Positions 29,548 through 39,143 of a DNA stretch of 64,000 nucleotides are shown here, one piece after another. The notes under the pieces were generated by a model. The model was given only the letters and a program-made list of their open reading frames with translations, made no database searches and had not been told where the DNA came from. Origin of the DNA: Verrucomicrobiota bacterium (GTDB lineage Bacteria; Verrucomicrobiota; Verrucomicrobiia; Opitutales; Cerasicoccaceae); the NCBI GenBank assembly GCA_039818205.1, contig JBCBUK010000009.1:96001-160000 (forward strand). The letters are read 5' to 3'. A program made the position numbers and the translations under genes. How positions within the stretch are numbered: position 1 is the first letter of the stretch; each line of letters opens with the position of its first letter.

Positions 29548-30030
29548 ATGAGTCCCGTACTAAAGTTGATCCTCGAAGGCGAGCCGCTGTCCACCGCGCA
29601 AATGGGCAAGGTTCTGAATATGTCGCGCGATGAAATCGAGGCGGAGCTGGAGCAGTTGAAGGAAGATGGCGTTCTCCTGGGATGGCGTCCGATCTTCAAC
29701 CCAGACTATGCGGGACCTGAAGAAGTACGAGCAGTGATCGAAGTGAAAATCAGCCCCGAGCGTGAGGGTGGTTTTGATCGTATTGCCGAGCGCATCAGCA
29801 AATTTGATCGAGTTGAGAGCTGCTATTTGATGTCGGGGGCCTACGACCTGCTCGTCGTGATTCGCTCTCAATCGCTTCAACGAGTCGCCTCCTTTGTGTT
29901 TGAAAAACTTGCGCCGATCGAAGGTGTGAATTCCACCGCGACTCATTTTATGCTCCGGGCATACAAAGAGCAAGGGCACCTTCTTTTGCGGCCCGCGGAA
30001 GCGGAGGCGAAGCCAGCAGTCAGTCCTTAA
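29548..30030 (+). CDS. Lrp/AsnC family transcriptional regulator (YugG-like)
   Basis: N-terminal HTH; GFDRIAERI, CYLMSGAYDL, TATHFML. Confidence 0.92.
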   Translation: MSPVLKLILEGEPLSTAQMGKVLNMSRDEIEAELEQLKEDGVLLGWRPIFNPDYAGPEEVRAVIEVKISPEREGGFDRIAERISKFDRVESCYLMSGAYDLLVVIRSQSLQRVASFVFEKLAPIEGVNSTATHFMLRAYKEQGHLLLRPAEAEAKPAVSP

Positions 30031-30061
30031 TCCGACAACTCAACTCAATGAGAAATCTAAG

Positions 30062-30101
30062 GACTGGCGAAGGATCAACGATTCCGCCGGTCTTCTTTTT
30101 T
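30062..30101 (+). terminator. Rho-independent terminator-like hairpin between lrp and the aminotransferase
   Basis: GACTGGCG...CGCCGGTC followed by TTCTTTTTT. Confidence 0.5.
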
Positions 30102-30132
30102 ATGTATTCTGATTTTTAACCGTATAAATACC

Positions 30133-31326
30133 ATGAACTCCTCCTCTCAAAGATTCGTCGCCGATCACGTCGCCGGGCTGCCAAAGTCTGGAATACGTGA
30201 CTTTTTTGCGATCGTGTCACAGATGAAGGACGCCATTTCTCTCGGGATTGGCGAACCAGACTTTGTGACCCCATGGCATATTCGCGAGGCGGCGATCTAC
30301 GCGTTGGAGCAAGGGAAGACGAGTTATACGGACAACAAAGGACTGATTTCGCTCCGTCGGGAGATTTCCACTTACGTCCAGCGGTTTTTCGGGATCGAAT
30401 ACAACCCGGAGAATGAAGTGTTGGTGGCTGTCGGCGTGAGTGAGGCCTTGGACATTGCGTTGCGGGCGATTTTGAATCCGGGCGAAGCCGTTATCTACCA
30501 CGAGCCATGCTACGTGAGCTATAGCCCAAGCGTGAAGCTTTGCCACGCCCGAGCCATTCCGGTTGCTACGAGCGCTGATGATGATTTCGCCATCGATCCC
30601 GATCGCTTGATTGCTGCTTGGGAACCAGGCGTTAAGGCGATCCTCTTGAACTTCCCGACGAACCCGACCGGTGGCGTTACCGAACGAAAAAAACTGGAGC
30701 GGATTGCTAAGTTTGCGGAAGAGAAGGACCTGGTGGTCCTGGCCGACGAAATCTACGCTGAGCTCACCTACGACGGAGAACATGTCTCAATCGCCTCTTT
30801 CCCAGGTATGCGAGAGCGGACGATTTTTCTCCACGGCTTTTCCAAGGCATTTGCTATGACGGGATTCCGCATTGGCTATGCTTGTTCGACGCCGGAGCTA
30901 ATTGAGGCCATGATGAAAGTGCACCAGTATTCGATGATGTGTGCACCCATCTTGTCTCAAGAAGCTGCGTTGGAAGCACTCCGTAATGGCGAAGAGTCGG
31001 TCCTGCAGATGAAGGAACAATACCAGCAGCGTCGCGACTTCGTCTGCCGTCGGTTTAACGAAATCGGTCTTAAGTGCCACGTTCCCGCCGCGACTTTTTA
31101 TGCATTCCCGTCGGTTGAGGCAACCGGTTTGCAATCCATGGAATTTTGCCAGCAACTCCTCGATTCTGAAAAAGTCGCCGTCGTGCCAGGCACCGCTTTT
31201 GGGCCGAGTGGCGAGGGTTTCTTCCGCGCAAGCTTTTCGAACAGCTATGAGCAGTTGATCAAGGCTACCGACGCCATTGACCGGTTCGTGAATACGAAGG
31301 TTGCGTCCGAGACGGTGGCGAATTAA
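30133..31326 (+). CDS. Class I/II PLP aminotransferase (YugH-like)
   Basis: SLGIGEPDF, PTNPTG, DEIYAEL, FSKAFAMTGFRIG. Confidence 0.95.
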   Translation: MNSSSQRFVADHVAGLPKSGIRDFFAIVSQMKDAISLGIGEPDFVTPWHIREAAIYALEQGKTSYTDNKGLISLRREISTYVQRFFGIEYNPENEVLVAVGVSEALDIALRAILNPGEAVIYHEPCYVSYSPSVKLCHARAIPVATSADDDFAIDPDRLIAAWEPGVKAILLNFPTNPTGGVTERKKLERIAKFAEEKDLVVLADEIYAELTYDGEHVSIASFPGMRERTIFLHGFSKAFAMTGFRIGYACSTPELIEAMMKVHQYSMMCAPILSQEAALEALRNGEESVLQMKEQYQQRRDFVCRRFNEIGLKCHVPAATFYAFPSVEATGLQSMEFCQQLLDSEKVAVVPGTAFGPSGEGFFRASFSNSYEQLIKATDAIDRFVNTKVASETVAN

Positions 31327-31356
31327 GATAAAAGTCCATAAAATCAATCAGAGGAC

Positions 31357-32103
31357 ATGAAGGACAAAACCATATTTATCACCGGTGGTAACGCTGGCCT
31401 TGGATTGGCAACCGCCAAACTATTTGCTCAAAATGGTGCCAATGTCGCCATCGTTGCGCGTCGGGTGGAGCAAAATGAAATCGCGGTAAAAGCAGTCAAA
31501 GAATTTGGTGTTGGATGCATTTCCTTTGCTGGCGACGTGACGGATGAAGCTTTTATCCGTAATGCGGTAGCAACCACCAAAAATGAGTTCGGTGGTCTTC
31601 ATTACGTATTTAACAATGCTGGCGTTGAGCAGCTATCGACTCCGCTGCCCGAGCAGACTGTTGAGGACTATCGGCGTATCATGGATGTGAATGTTATGGG
31701 CGTTTGGCTCGTGATGCGTGAAACTGCGCCGGTCATCAAGGAGTCCGGTGGTGGTTGTATCGTAAACACATCCTCGATCCTCGGCCATATTGGTTTTGCA
31801 ATGGTTCCACTCTACAATGCCTCGAAACACGCGGTTATTGGTCTCACAAAATCGGTCGCTTTGGAATACGCACAACAAGGAGTTCGCGTAAATTCCGTTA
31901 GCCCGGCCGTTGTGAGAACTGACCTCTTCGACCGCTTTGCTGGGGGCGATGCCGAATTGGTGCAGGCCATGGAAGCGATGCATCCGATGGGCAGAAGCGG
32001 CGCTCCGGAAGAAGTGGCGTCGGCTGTGCTCTACCTGTGTCGCGATGCCACCTGGACGACCGGCCAGAGCTTGGTGATGGATGGCGGATTTACCGTGCAG
32101 TAA
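31357..32103 (+). CDS. Classical SDR oxidoreductase
   Basis: [20 protein letters not shown]. Confidence 0.95.
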   Translation: MKDKTIFITGGNAGLGLATAKLFAQNGANVAIVARRVEQNEIAVKAVKEFGVGCISFAGDVTDEAFIRNAVATTKNEFGGLHYVFNNAGVEQLSTPLPEQTVEDYRRIMDVNVMGVWLVMRETAPVIKESGGGCIVNTSSILGHIGFAMVPLYNASKHAVIGLTKSVALEYAQQGVRVNSVSPAVVRTDLFDRFAGGDAELVQAMEAMHPMGRSGAPEEVASAVLYLCRDATWTTGQSLVMDGGFTVQ

Positions 32104-32138
32104 TGCTCGGTCAGCGAAGATAATAAAGGAATATTTAA

Positions 32139-33623
32139 ATGACACCCACACGCACAGTAGCGCTGGTCGGAAGACCCAACGTCGGCAAGAGCCGTTTGTT
32201 TAATCGGATTCTCGGACGGCGCGTGGCCATCGTGCACGACATGCCCGGCGTTACCCGGGATTTGGCGATGGCCGAGGTCGACAACGACTTCTTGCTCGTG
32301 GACACTGGAGGAATTGGCATCAAGCCGGAGATGACTCCAGCGGCCATCCATGATGCGACCGAAGAGCAGGTCGACCTCGCTATTCAAGCAGCGAATCTCA
32401 TTTTGTTCGTTGTGGAGGGGCCCAGTGGGGTTACCGCGATTGATTTCGAGATCGCCGATAAACTCCGACGTTCCGGCAAGGAAGTCCTAACTGTCGTCAA
32501 CAAGATTGATTGCCAGCGCAGCGGCAACCTTCCGACCGAGGATTTCAAAAGACTCGGGTTTCGCGACACGATGTATGTGTCTGCGGAGCATGGAACGGGC
32601 TCGCGTGAGCTTTTTCAGGAGATTCTAAATGCACTTGGCCCCAAGCCGCCAGTTGAAGAGGTCGACGAAGATCGCCGAATCAAAATCTGCCTCTGTGGGC
32701 GCCCGAATGTTGGGAAATCATCGCTAGGGAACGCCCTCCTGAAAGCCCCGCGTTTGATCGTCAGTGATATCTCAGGAACTACTCGAGACGCCATTGAGCA
32801 CGACTTGGACTACACTTCAAGAACGGGTGATGAGTGGAAGTTTCGCCTGATTGATACCGCCGGGATGCTGCCCAAACGCAAACTGGGCACCTCGCTGGAT
32901 TACTTCTCGAACCTCCGTTCATCGAGTGCGATTGGGCGGGCTGATGTTGCCTTTCTGATCCTCGATGCACTCACCGGTGTTGCCAAACACGACAAGAAAA
33001 TTGCCGGTGAGATTGCCGAAGCTGGAGTCGGTCTGGTTGTTGTTGTCAACAAGTGGGATTTGGCGCTTGAGAGTTTCCGTAGTCAGCCGATGCAGGGCTA
33101 TAGCAGTGAAAAAGAATTTCGTGCAGCCTTCGCCGAAGCGGTCCGGGAAGAACTCTTCTTCTTGCCGAACTCGCCGATCCTGTTTACCTCCGCAACAACC
33201 GGTTTCCACGTGGAAGATATTCTCAGCGCGGCGGTCACGGTGGATACAACGATGGATCTCGAGTTGCCAACGGCGAAGGTAAATAAGACCTTGCTCGATC
33301 TGATGGAGCGCCAACGCCCGAAGATCGTCGGTGGTCGCCGGTTCAAGGTCTATTACGGACTGCAGGTGGCCAAGCGTCCATTTCGTATTCGACTCTTCTG
33401 CAATAGGGAGGAGAAACTCGATGACAGTTATTTCCGCTATTTGCAAAATGGATTCCACAAGGAGTTCCGCTTGGAGGGGTGTCCGGTTCGATTCGACCTG
33501 CGTGGCAAACCGCAGGAGAACCCGTACTACTCACCAAACACCTCGCAAAACAAGGGTAACAACACCTTGAACAAGCACGGTATGGGCACTCCACGCCGTA
33601 CTGCCCGTAGGGGAAAAAAGTAG
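32139..33623 (+). CDS. der: Ribosome biogenesis GTPase Der
   Basis: Two GRPNVGKS G1 motifs, DTGG/DTAG, NKID/NKWD, KH-like C-terminus. Confidence 0.97.
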   Translation: MTPTRTVALVGRPNVGKSRLFNRILGRRVAIVHDMPGVTRDLAMAEVDNDFLLVDTGGIGIKPEMTPAAIHDATEEQVDLAIQAANLILFVVEGPSGVTAIDFEIADKLRRSGKEVLTVVNKIDCQRSGNLPTEDFKRLGFRDTMYVSAEHGTGSRELFQEILNALGPKPPVEEVDEDRRIKICLCGRPNVGKSSLGNALLKAPRLIVSDISGTTRDAIEHDLDYTSRTGDEWKFRLIDTAGMLPKRKLGTSLDYFSNLRSSSAIGRADVAFLILDALTGVAKHDKKIAGEIAEAGVGLVVVVNKWDLALESFRSQPMQGYSSEKEFRAAFAEAVREELFFLPNSPILFTSATTGFHVEDILSAAVTVDTTMDLELPTAKVNKTLLDLMERQRPKIVGGRRFKVYYGLQVAKRPFRIRLFCNREEKLDDSYFRYLQNGFHKEFRLEGCPVRFDLRGKPQENPYYSPNTSQNKGNNTLNKHGMGTPRRTARRGKK

Positions 33624-33684
33624 AGGTCCATTGGCAAATGCTCTTTAATCGGGTAGTGTCTAGATCACCAACTAGACAATTGCC

Positions 33685-34539
33685 ATGAGTGAGCTGATTA
33701 TGCCTGAAGAGCGGCATTTCGAATGGTCGTTGAAGACTATACCGACGACACATTTCGAAATCGTTAAAAAGGAAAACGGACAATTCTGCGTTGTCCTTAA
33801 CCATTCGCTGTTACGTGGATGCACGTCGGAAATGATTCATTGGTGGTTTCTTCATTTTGCCAAAATGAAGGTGAAACTCATCGATATTCCTGGCTATGAA
33901 TCGAAGACGGTTCCCGCCTACTATCTTTGGCACCCTTCCGATCATTATGGCGTGTCGTTGAGCGGGGAGCTAGGGCCTGGGGATACCGCTAAAGCCGGAG
34001 CGTCCATTCATATCCAGGAGGCGATGCAATATCTGAAACACGGGTGGAAGTATCCGGTAGATAACAAACTGAAGATTTTTTATTGTGGGCCGGATGGCTG
34101 GGCGATGGGAAAGGCAATCCCGTTTCTGGGTAAGGTGATGGTTTTGCGGATTCACTATAAAGATGTGTACGACGCTCAGACCGTTGTTGGCGTTCATTAT
34201 CACTACGAGATTGTGATCGGTGCGCCTGGCAATCATGCTCTGGTAAGATTTGTGAACCAAAAGATCGGGTCTCACTTTTCGACGGAGTTTTTCGAAGCCT
34301 GGCATCTACACAACGTCATCGAAGTGGGAACCTTTGAGAATTTTCTTCCCGCGCTTTTTGCCCAACGGGATGATCGACAAAATCTAGCGTATTCGAAGGA
34401 CATGAATCCAATTGGGCCGGATGCGAATGAGCAGGTGGGCTTTGATCAAGCGCTCTTTGAAAAACGGGTCCAGGGCTACCGAGATTCGGTCGATGCCCAT
34501 GAGTTCCAAGGTTGGGAGCAGCCAACGTTTTTGGTTTAG
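33685..34539 (+). CDS. PhlG/DAPG-hydrolase-like Zn hydrolase (Bet v1-like fold)
   Basis: GCTSEMIHWWF, YYLWHPSDH, IQE, HNVIE...FLPALF pattern. Confidence 0.65.
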   Translation: MSELIMPEERHFEWSLKTIPTTHFEIVKKENGQFCVVLNHSLLRGCTSEMIHWWFLHFAKMKVKLIDIPGYESKTVPAYYLWHPSDHYGVSLSGELGPGDTAKAGASIHIQEAMQYLKHGWKYPVDNKLKIFYCGPDGWAMGKAIPFLGKVMVLRIHYKDVYDAQTVVGVHYHYEIVIGAPGNHALVRFVNQKIGSHFSTEFFEAWHLHNVIEVGTFENFLPALFAQRDDRQNLAYSKDMNPIGPDANEQVGFDQALFEKRVQGYRDSVDAHEFQGWEQPTFLV

Positions 34540-34551
34540 CTGAAGCGGTGC

Positions 34552-34582
34552 AAAAAAAAGCGGCCTCCCATGGAAGCCGCTT
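34552..34582 (-). terminator. Rho-independent terminator downstream of the FKBP gene
   Basis: AAGCGGC...GCCGCTT stem with A-tract on + strand (U-tract on - strand). Confidence 0.75.
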
Positions 34583-34605
34583 AGAAATTGGATTTAAGAG
34601 ATCTT

Positions 34606-35283
34606 CTAGCTCTCTGGGTTGATCTCGATCATCTCAACCTCGAAAATCAACGTACCGTTTGGTGGGATACCGCTGCCTGGAGGAGGGGTTGGACCGTAAC
34701 CGAGGTTGCCAGGGATGTAGAGCTTCACCTTGCCACCTTTGCCAACGAGCTGAACACCTTCACCAAAGCCTTTGACGACGCCGCCGACTGGGAATGTTGC
34801 TGGCTCGCCACGCTTGTAGGAGCTGTCGAATTCGGTGCCATCTACGAGGCTACCTGCGTAGTGAACCTTGACGGAATCGTCCGCACTGGCACGGCCTTCT
34901 TCACCTTCTTCGATGATCTCATAGTAAAGACCGGTTGGGCTCTTCTTGACGTCTGGGTTCTTTGCCAAGTCTTCGAAGAACGATGCCGACTTCTTTTCCT
35001 GGATCTTGGTCACACGCTCTTGGAGGTAAGCTTGGACCTGCTGAGCCATGGCTTGCTTGTCCTCAGGGCCTTCGTCGCCAGCCAAAGCTGATTTGACGCC
35101 CTTGATGAAAGCTTCTTGCTCTTCCGCATTCAGGTCGAGGGCGTTAACATTTTGGGCGAGGAACCAGCCGTAATTTTCTAACATAACATCAGGTGAGGAA
35201 TCCTGTTCAGATTGAGCCTGAACAGCGAAAGGGATTGCCAGCAGGGCTGCAACTGCGAGGTTTCTGAGGTGGTATTTCATCAT
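34606..35283 (-). CDS. FKBP-type peptidyl-prolyl isomerase (FkpA/Mip-like), exported
   Basis: Signal peptide; VHYAGSLVDGTEFDSS, LYIPGNLGYG, IPPNGTLIFEVE. Confidence 0.95.
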   Translation of the reverse strand: MMKYHLRNLAVAALLAIPFAVQAQSEQDSSPDVMLENYGWFLAQNVNALDLNAEEQEAFIKGVKSALAGDEGPEDKQAMAQQVQAYLQERVTKIQEKKSASFFEDLAKNPDVKKSPTGLYYEIIEEGEEGRASADDSVKVHYAGSLVDGTEFDSSYKRGEPATFPVGGVVKGFGEGVQLVGKGGKVKLYIPGNLGYGPTPPPGSGIPPNGTLIFEVEMIEINPES

Positions 35284-35445
35284 AAGCGGGCGATACTTAG
35301 TGTTGTGGCCGGAAGGTCAACGGAATTTCCGCGCCTCGGACCGGTCGGTTTCGGTTTCGTGTTTTAGAGACACCCGATCCGGATTTGTTCCCGGAAAAGG
35401 TGCATTTACGATCATTTAACGCCGCCCCGCGGAAGATTATTCAAA

Positions 35446-36102
35446 TTATTCGCCAATTAATGCCAACATCGCGCTGTAATCGAGATCGCTGAGGCGGTTG
35501 ACCTTCATATGGGCGCCCTCAAGGTCGTCAATTGGGTGGGTTGTGGCGACGCCGACCACCTGCATGCCGCCTCGGAGACCAGCCTCGATTCCGTAGTGCG
35601 CGTCCTCGAATACGATGCAGCGCGCTGGCTCGCGATTGATTTTCTGGGCTGCAATTAGAAACACCTCGGGGTCCGGCTTGCCGTGGTGAACGTCTTCGGC
35701 TGCCGTGATGTCGGCGAAATACTCCCGCACACCGAGGACATCCATGACGGTCTCGGCGTTGATGCGTGGAGTCGACGTGCCAACCACGCAGGGGATCTCT
35801 TTCTCTTGGAAAAATTTTAGGAGCTCGCGGATGCCCGGTAGCGCCTCAATGCCCTCGGCCTTGATAATTTCGCGATAGAGCGCTTCTTTGCGGGCGCCGA
35901 GTTCTTCGATTTCCTCGGGATCCTGGGTCCAGTTGAGCAGATTCGGGATGATGTATTGATTCTTTCGACCAAAGCCTTTTTTGAAGTGATCGTCGGGAAG
36001 AAACAACTTTCGTTCCTCCGCCAACATTTCCCAGCTGCGCTCGTGCGCAGCGGAGGAATCAATCACGACGCCATCCCAATCAAAAATTGCTCCAATATTC
36101 AT
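35446..36102 (-). CDS. HAD family phosphatase (beta-PGM-like)
   Basis: FDWDGVVIDS, GKPDPEVF, VFEDAHYG. Confidence 0.93.
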   Translation of the reverse strand: MNIGAIFDWDGVVIDSSAAHERSWEMLAEERKLFLPDDHFKKGFGRKNQYIIPNLLNWTQDPEEIEELGARKEALYREIIKAEGIEALPGIRELLKFFQEKEIPCVVGTSTPRINAETVMDVLGVREYFADITAAEDVHHGKPDPEVFLIAAQKINREPARCIVFEDAHYGIEAGLRGGMQVVGVATTHPIDDLEGAHMKVNRLSDLDYSAMLALIGE

Positions 36103-36164
36103 GGCGCAATGGGCTAACGAAGCGCGGTGTCGGGGGCTAGATTAAAATGCGATGAAGCCGAAAT

Positions 36165-36782
36165 CTACTCAAACTGTCGGGCATAATCCAACTGCGAGGC
36201 TTCGTGGGGTAAGCCGTTTTTCTCTGCAAAATTGACGGATGCCTCGAGGTATTCCACGAATTGATCGCGGGGCAAATTGGCCCGTGCTGAGCCCGCATCG
36301 GTAACCGCCACCATCAGGCCCTTGGTCGGGTGTTCGTAAAAATACCAGAGAATTGGGAGACCGATGGTGCGGCTTTCGTCAATGTGATAGCCGAACTGCT
36401 TTGAATCGTTCTCACCCCTTGGGCCCAGGTGTGATAACCACAATCGCAAACTGGGAACGCCGCCGCTTCCGTCAAACTTCGTCTTGGGGAGGAACTTCAT
36501 GTTGCTAACGATATTAACGCTCTGGTTCCCCAAAAACTCCGGTTGATTTGACCAATAGAGCATCGCAACGTCGCCAGCTGGAAGCGCCTGGTTTTCTTCG
36601 AAATAGGCATCTAGAGCCGTAGTCATTGAATCGGAGATGATCTGGATCCGCTCCTCGTAGCCGTTCCCGACATAGTCATCCATCCAGTTCATGAATAGAC
36701 TGCCAGCGATAAATACGATCACCACGATGATGATTGCGAGGACGATTTGGCGGCGGCTGAATCTGGATGCGGTGTCGGACAT
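36165..36782 (-). CDS. Hypothetical membrane-anchored protein, weakly pseudopilin-like
   Basis: N-terminal hydrophobic helix, then ALDAYFEENQALP. Confidence 0.6.
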   Translation of the reverse strand: MSDTASRFSRRQIVLAIIIVVIVFIAGSLFMNWMDDYVGNGYEERIQIISDSMTTALDAYFEENQALPAGDVAMLYWSNQPEFLGNQSVNIVSNMKFLPKTKFDGSGGVPSLRLWLSHLGPRGENDSKQFGYHIDESRTIGLPILWYFYEHPTKGLMVAVTDAGSARANLPRDQFVEYLEASVNFAEKNGLPHEASQLDYARQFE

Positions 36783-36853
36783 GGTGATAAATCGGTTGCG
36801 TTAGACAAACCGATGAGCGTAGAATCAAATTTCGAATCTCAACCACTACCGTC

Positions 36854-37336
36854 ATGCGCTACATGATCAAAGAAAAATTCTGGTCGATGGGAGACGACTT
36901 CGACATTTTGGACGCCGCCGGCCAGCCAGCCTTCCATGTTGATGGCAAAGCGTTTTCTTGGGGAGACAAGCTCTCGTTCCAGGATATGTATGGGCAGGAG
37001 CTCGCTTTCATCAGCCAGAAAATGTTTTCCTTTAAGCCGCGTTATGAGATCCATCGCGGCGGCGAGTTGTTTGCCGAGGTCACAAAAGAATTCTCTTGGT
37101 TCAATCAAGAGTTCACCCTCGATGTCCCCGGGCCCAATGATTATTCCATCAATGGGAAATTCTGGGCGCACGCCTACGAGTTCTTCCGCGGAGGCAACCC
37201 CGTCGCTCACGTATCCAAAACCTGGGCGTGGACGGATTGCTACGGAGTCGACATAATCGACGGTGAGGACGACATCGCGATTCTCTGCGCCGCCATCGTA
37301 ATCGACCAAGTCCTCCACGACGAGAAAGACGATTAG
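36854..37336 (+). CDS. LURP-one/scramblase (YxjI-like, tubby C-terminal) protein
   Basis: KEKFWSMGDDFDI, VDGKAFSWG, TDCYGVDI. Confidence 0.88.
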   Translation: MRYMIKEKFWSMGDDFDILDAAGQPAFHVDGKAFSWGDKLSFQDMYGQELAFISQKMFSFKPRYEIHRGGELFAEVTKEFSWFNQEFTLDVPGPNDYSINGKFWAHAYEFFRGGNPVAHVSKTWAWTDCYGVDIIDGEDDIAILCAAIVIDQVLHDEKDD

Positions 37337-37513
37337 GCACTTTAGGTTCGAGCAGTTCCTTCGATTTTCCGTCCGGGAGCGCTGCGGGAATTTGTGGTGA
37401 TGCCCTGGGATCGCTAGCCAAACGCAACCATTGGGTTTCGATTGGAGAATATCGTTGCCTCGATTCGGCGGGCTCTTATCACCTGAGGCTCCTCAAATTT
37501 GATGCTATTCTAT

Positions 37514-38113
37514 ATGTTTTCCTCACGTAGTTTCTACCTGTCTTTGCTTGCTGGATTCTCTCTAGTCTTCGCTGGCTGCACAACGCCGACTATTCCTGAC
37601 CAACAGCGCACGGCATTGGAGCAATTGGTCAATTCGACTGCGGTCGACAAATCGATCGAGCAGTTCTCAATTCCAGAGGTCGACGGCCGCAAAGTCTATT
37701 TCGATGGCCGATACATCGAGGGCTATGACGAGGGCTACGTGATCGCGTCGTTGCGCGATCTGCTGAGTCGGAGTGGTGCCCACTTGGTCGAGTATCGTGA
37801 ACAGGCCGACATGGTCGTCGAAGGCCGTAGCGGCGCACTTGGCTTCGACTTGAGTGATGCCCTTGTTGGTATCCCGTCGCTCGCTATGGCATTTCCTGGC
37901 CTGGGTGGCTTCCAGACGCCTGAACTGGCCCTCTATAAGAACGTCAACGCCGACGGCGTCGCCAAATTGGCGCTGCTTGGTTACGAGCGCGAGGGTGGGG
38001 CACCTGTCTTTTCAACTGGCGCCATCGCTGGTGATTCCTATTTCTACCACTACAGCTTCCTGTTGATTATCGATATCAACTTCACCGATATTCCCGAGCG
38101 CGACGATTACTAG
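37514..38113 (+). CDS. Conserved hypothetical lipoprotein (possibly DUF6655-like)
   Basis: Lipobox FAGC; RTALEQLVNSTAVD, VVEGRSGALG. Confidence 0.7.
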   Translation: MFSSRSFYLSLLAGFSLVFAGCTTPTIPDQQRTALEQLVNSTAVDKSIEQFSIPEVDGRKVYFDGRYIEGYDEGYVIASLRDLLSRSGAHLVEYREQADMVVEGRSGALGFDLSDALVGIPSLAMAFPGLGGFQTPELALYKNVNADGVAKLALLGYEREGGAPVFSTGAIAGDSYFYHYSFLLIIDINFTDIPERDDY

Positions 38114-38160
38114 TCTCAGCAGCCATAAACGTGGCCCGCTGATCATCGATGCGAGAATAC

Positions 38161-38793
38161 CTATTTCCCCTCGCGGGCGAATCGGCGAATCGTGTCGCCA
38201 ACGGTGTCAGGGATCGCGATGGGAATCTCTTGCTGGGCGAAGGTCTCGCGGATGTTTTCGTCGAAGTTGCGCATGTATGGGACGCAGAGAATCACCGCAT
38301 CAATCATGGGCAGGCTGCGGAGAATGATTAGTTGGCCCAAGGTGACGTTGTAGCGGCCTTGGAGCTTGTGTTTACACTCCAGGGCAATCTGGACCTCACG
38401 CCCGGACTCAGGATCGGTATATTTGACGAGGAAATCTGTCCGTAGGTTGGCCACGGTCGAGTAGCGGGTGAATGCAAGGCCTTCCTCTTCAAGGATCTGC
38501 TCGATGTCGTCCTCGAAATCAATCGAAGCTGCCTTGGCGGCGGAATATTGCCCGCCCGCGTTGATGGCCGACTGCAAGTTGACGTCCTGTACCTGTGGAG
38601 TGGGGACCGTGGGAGTCGCAATTCCATCGCTCAAAAGCTCAGATTTTTGCCCATTCAGTTCAGCCTCAACACATAGCGTAACGTAACGACTGAATGACAA
38701 TCCAATACCGCGCGCACGTTCACTAGCTCGGCTGCGCAAGTCAGGATGGAAGGAAACGCCTACCGTTTTATGTTTTTGTGTGTCTTGCGGCAT
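38161..38793 (-). CDS. RHH DNA-binding domain fused to PD-(D/E)XK nuclease-like domain
   Basis: N-terminus KTVGVSFHPDLRSRASERARGIGLSFSRYV (RHH); C-terminus FEDDIEQIL...RTDFLV...IALECK...GQL. Confidence 0.65.
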   Translation of the reverse strand: MPQDTQKHKTVGVSFHPDLRSRASERARGIGLSFSRYVTLCVEAELNGQKSELLSDGIATPTVPTPQVQDVNLQSAINAGGQYSAAKAASIDFEDDIEQILEEEGLAFTRYSTVANLRTDFLVKYTDPESGREVQIALECKHKLQGRYNVTLGQLIILRSLPMIDAVILCVPYMRNFDENIRETFAQQEIPIAIPDTVGDTIRRFAREGK

Positions 38794-38812
38794 ATTTTTT
38801 CGATTTTCAGTG

Positions 38813-38917
38813 AATTTATTATCCATAAAGCGTTGATTTATATGGACTTAATTAAAATAATAAATTTTAGATAATTAATAAATTATTGTTGCGTTTAGTG
38901 CAGAAACTTGGGACTAT
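38813..38917. promoter_or_regulatory. AT-rich divergent control region with IHF-consensus site, three TAATAAATT boxes and a putative sigma70 promoter
   Basis: AATCAACGCTTTA on - strand (38826-38838) fits WATCAANNNNTTR; perfect 10-bp inverted repeat 38813-38822/38857-38866; third box 38876-38884; TTGCGT-N17-GACTAT at 38889-38917. Confidence 0.55.
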
Positions 38918-38926
38918 TTGTTCACC

Positions 38927-39118
38927 ATGAAAACAGTAAAAAACCACACTGTCAACGTTTCGATTTCACTACCCAAGAAGCTCCGTGACGGGGCGAAAAT
39001 CGCGGCTCGCTGTGAGCATCGCACGGTCTCTGGGTTAGTTGCCTTTTTGCTGGAACATCACCTTTCGGACAACGGCTATATCCCGGCCAACAAGCGCACC
39101 ACCTCGCTTTCCCGCTAA
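38927..39118 (+). CDS. Small ribbon-helix-helix (CopG/Arc-like) protein
   Basis: TVNVSISLPKKLRDGAKIAARCEHRTVSGLVAFLL. Confidence 0.75.
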   Translation: MKTVKNHTVNVSISLPKKLRDGAKIAARCEHRTVSGLVAFLLEHHLSDNGYIPANKRTTSLSR

Positions 39119-39143
39119 CCATTTTTCCGACCTGATTTTTGCT

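Noticed and set aside
36165..36782. True type IV prepilin
   Set aside because: It lacks the G|F-x3-E cleavage/methylation motif; the resemblance is only loose.
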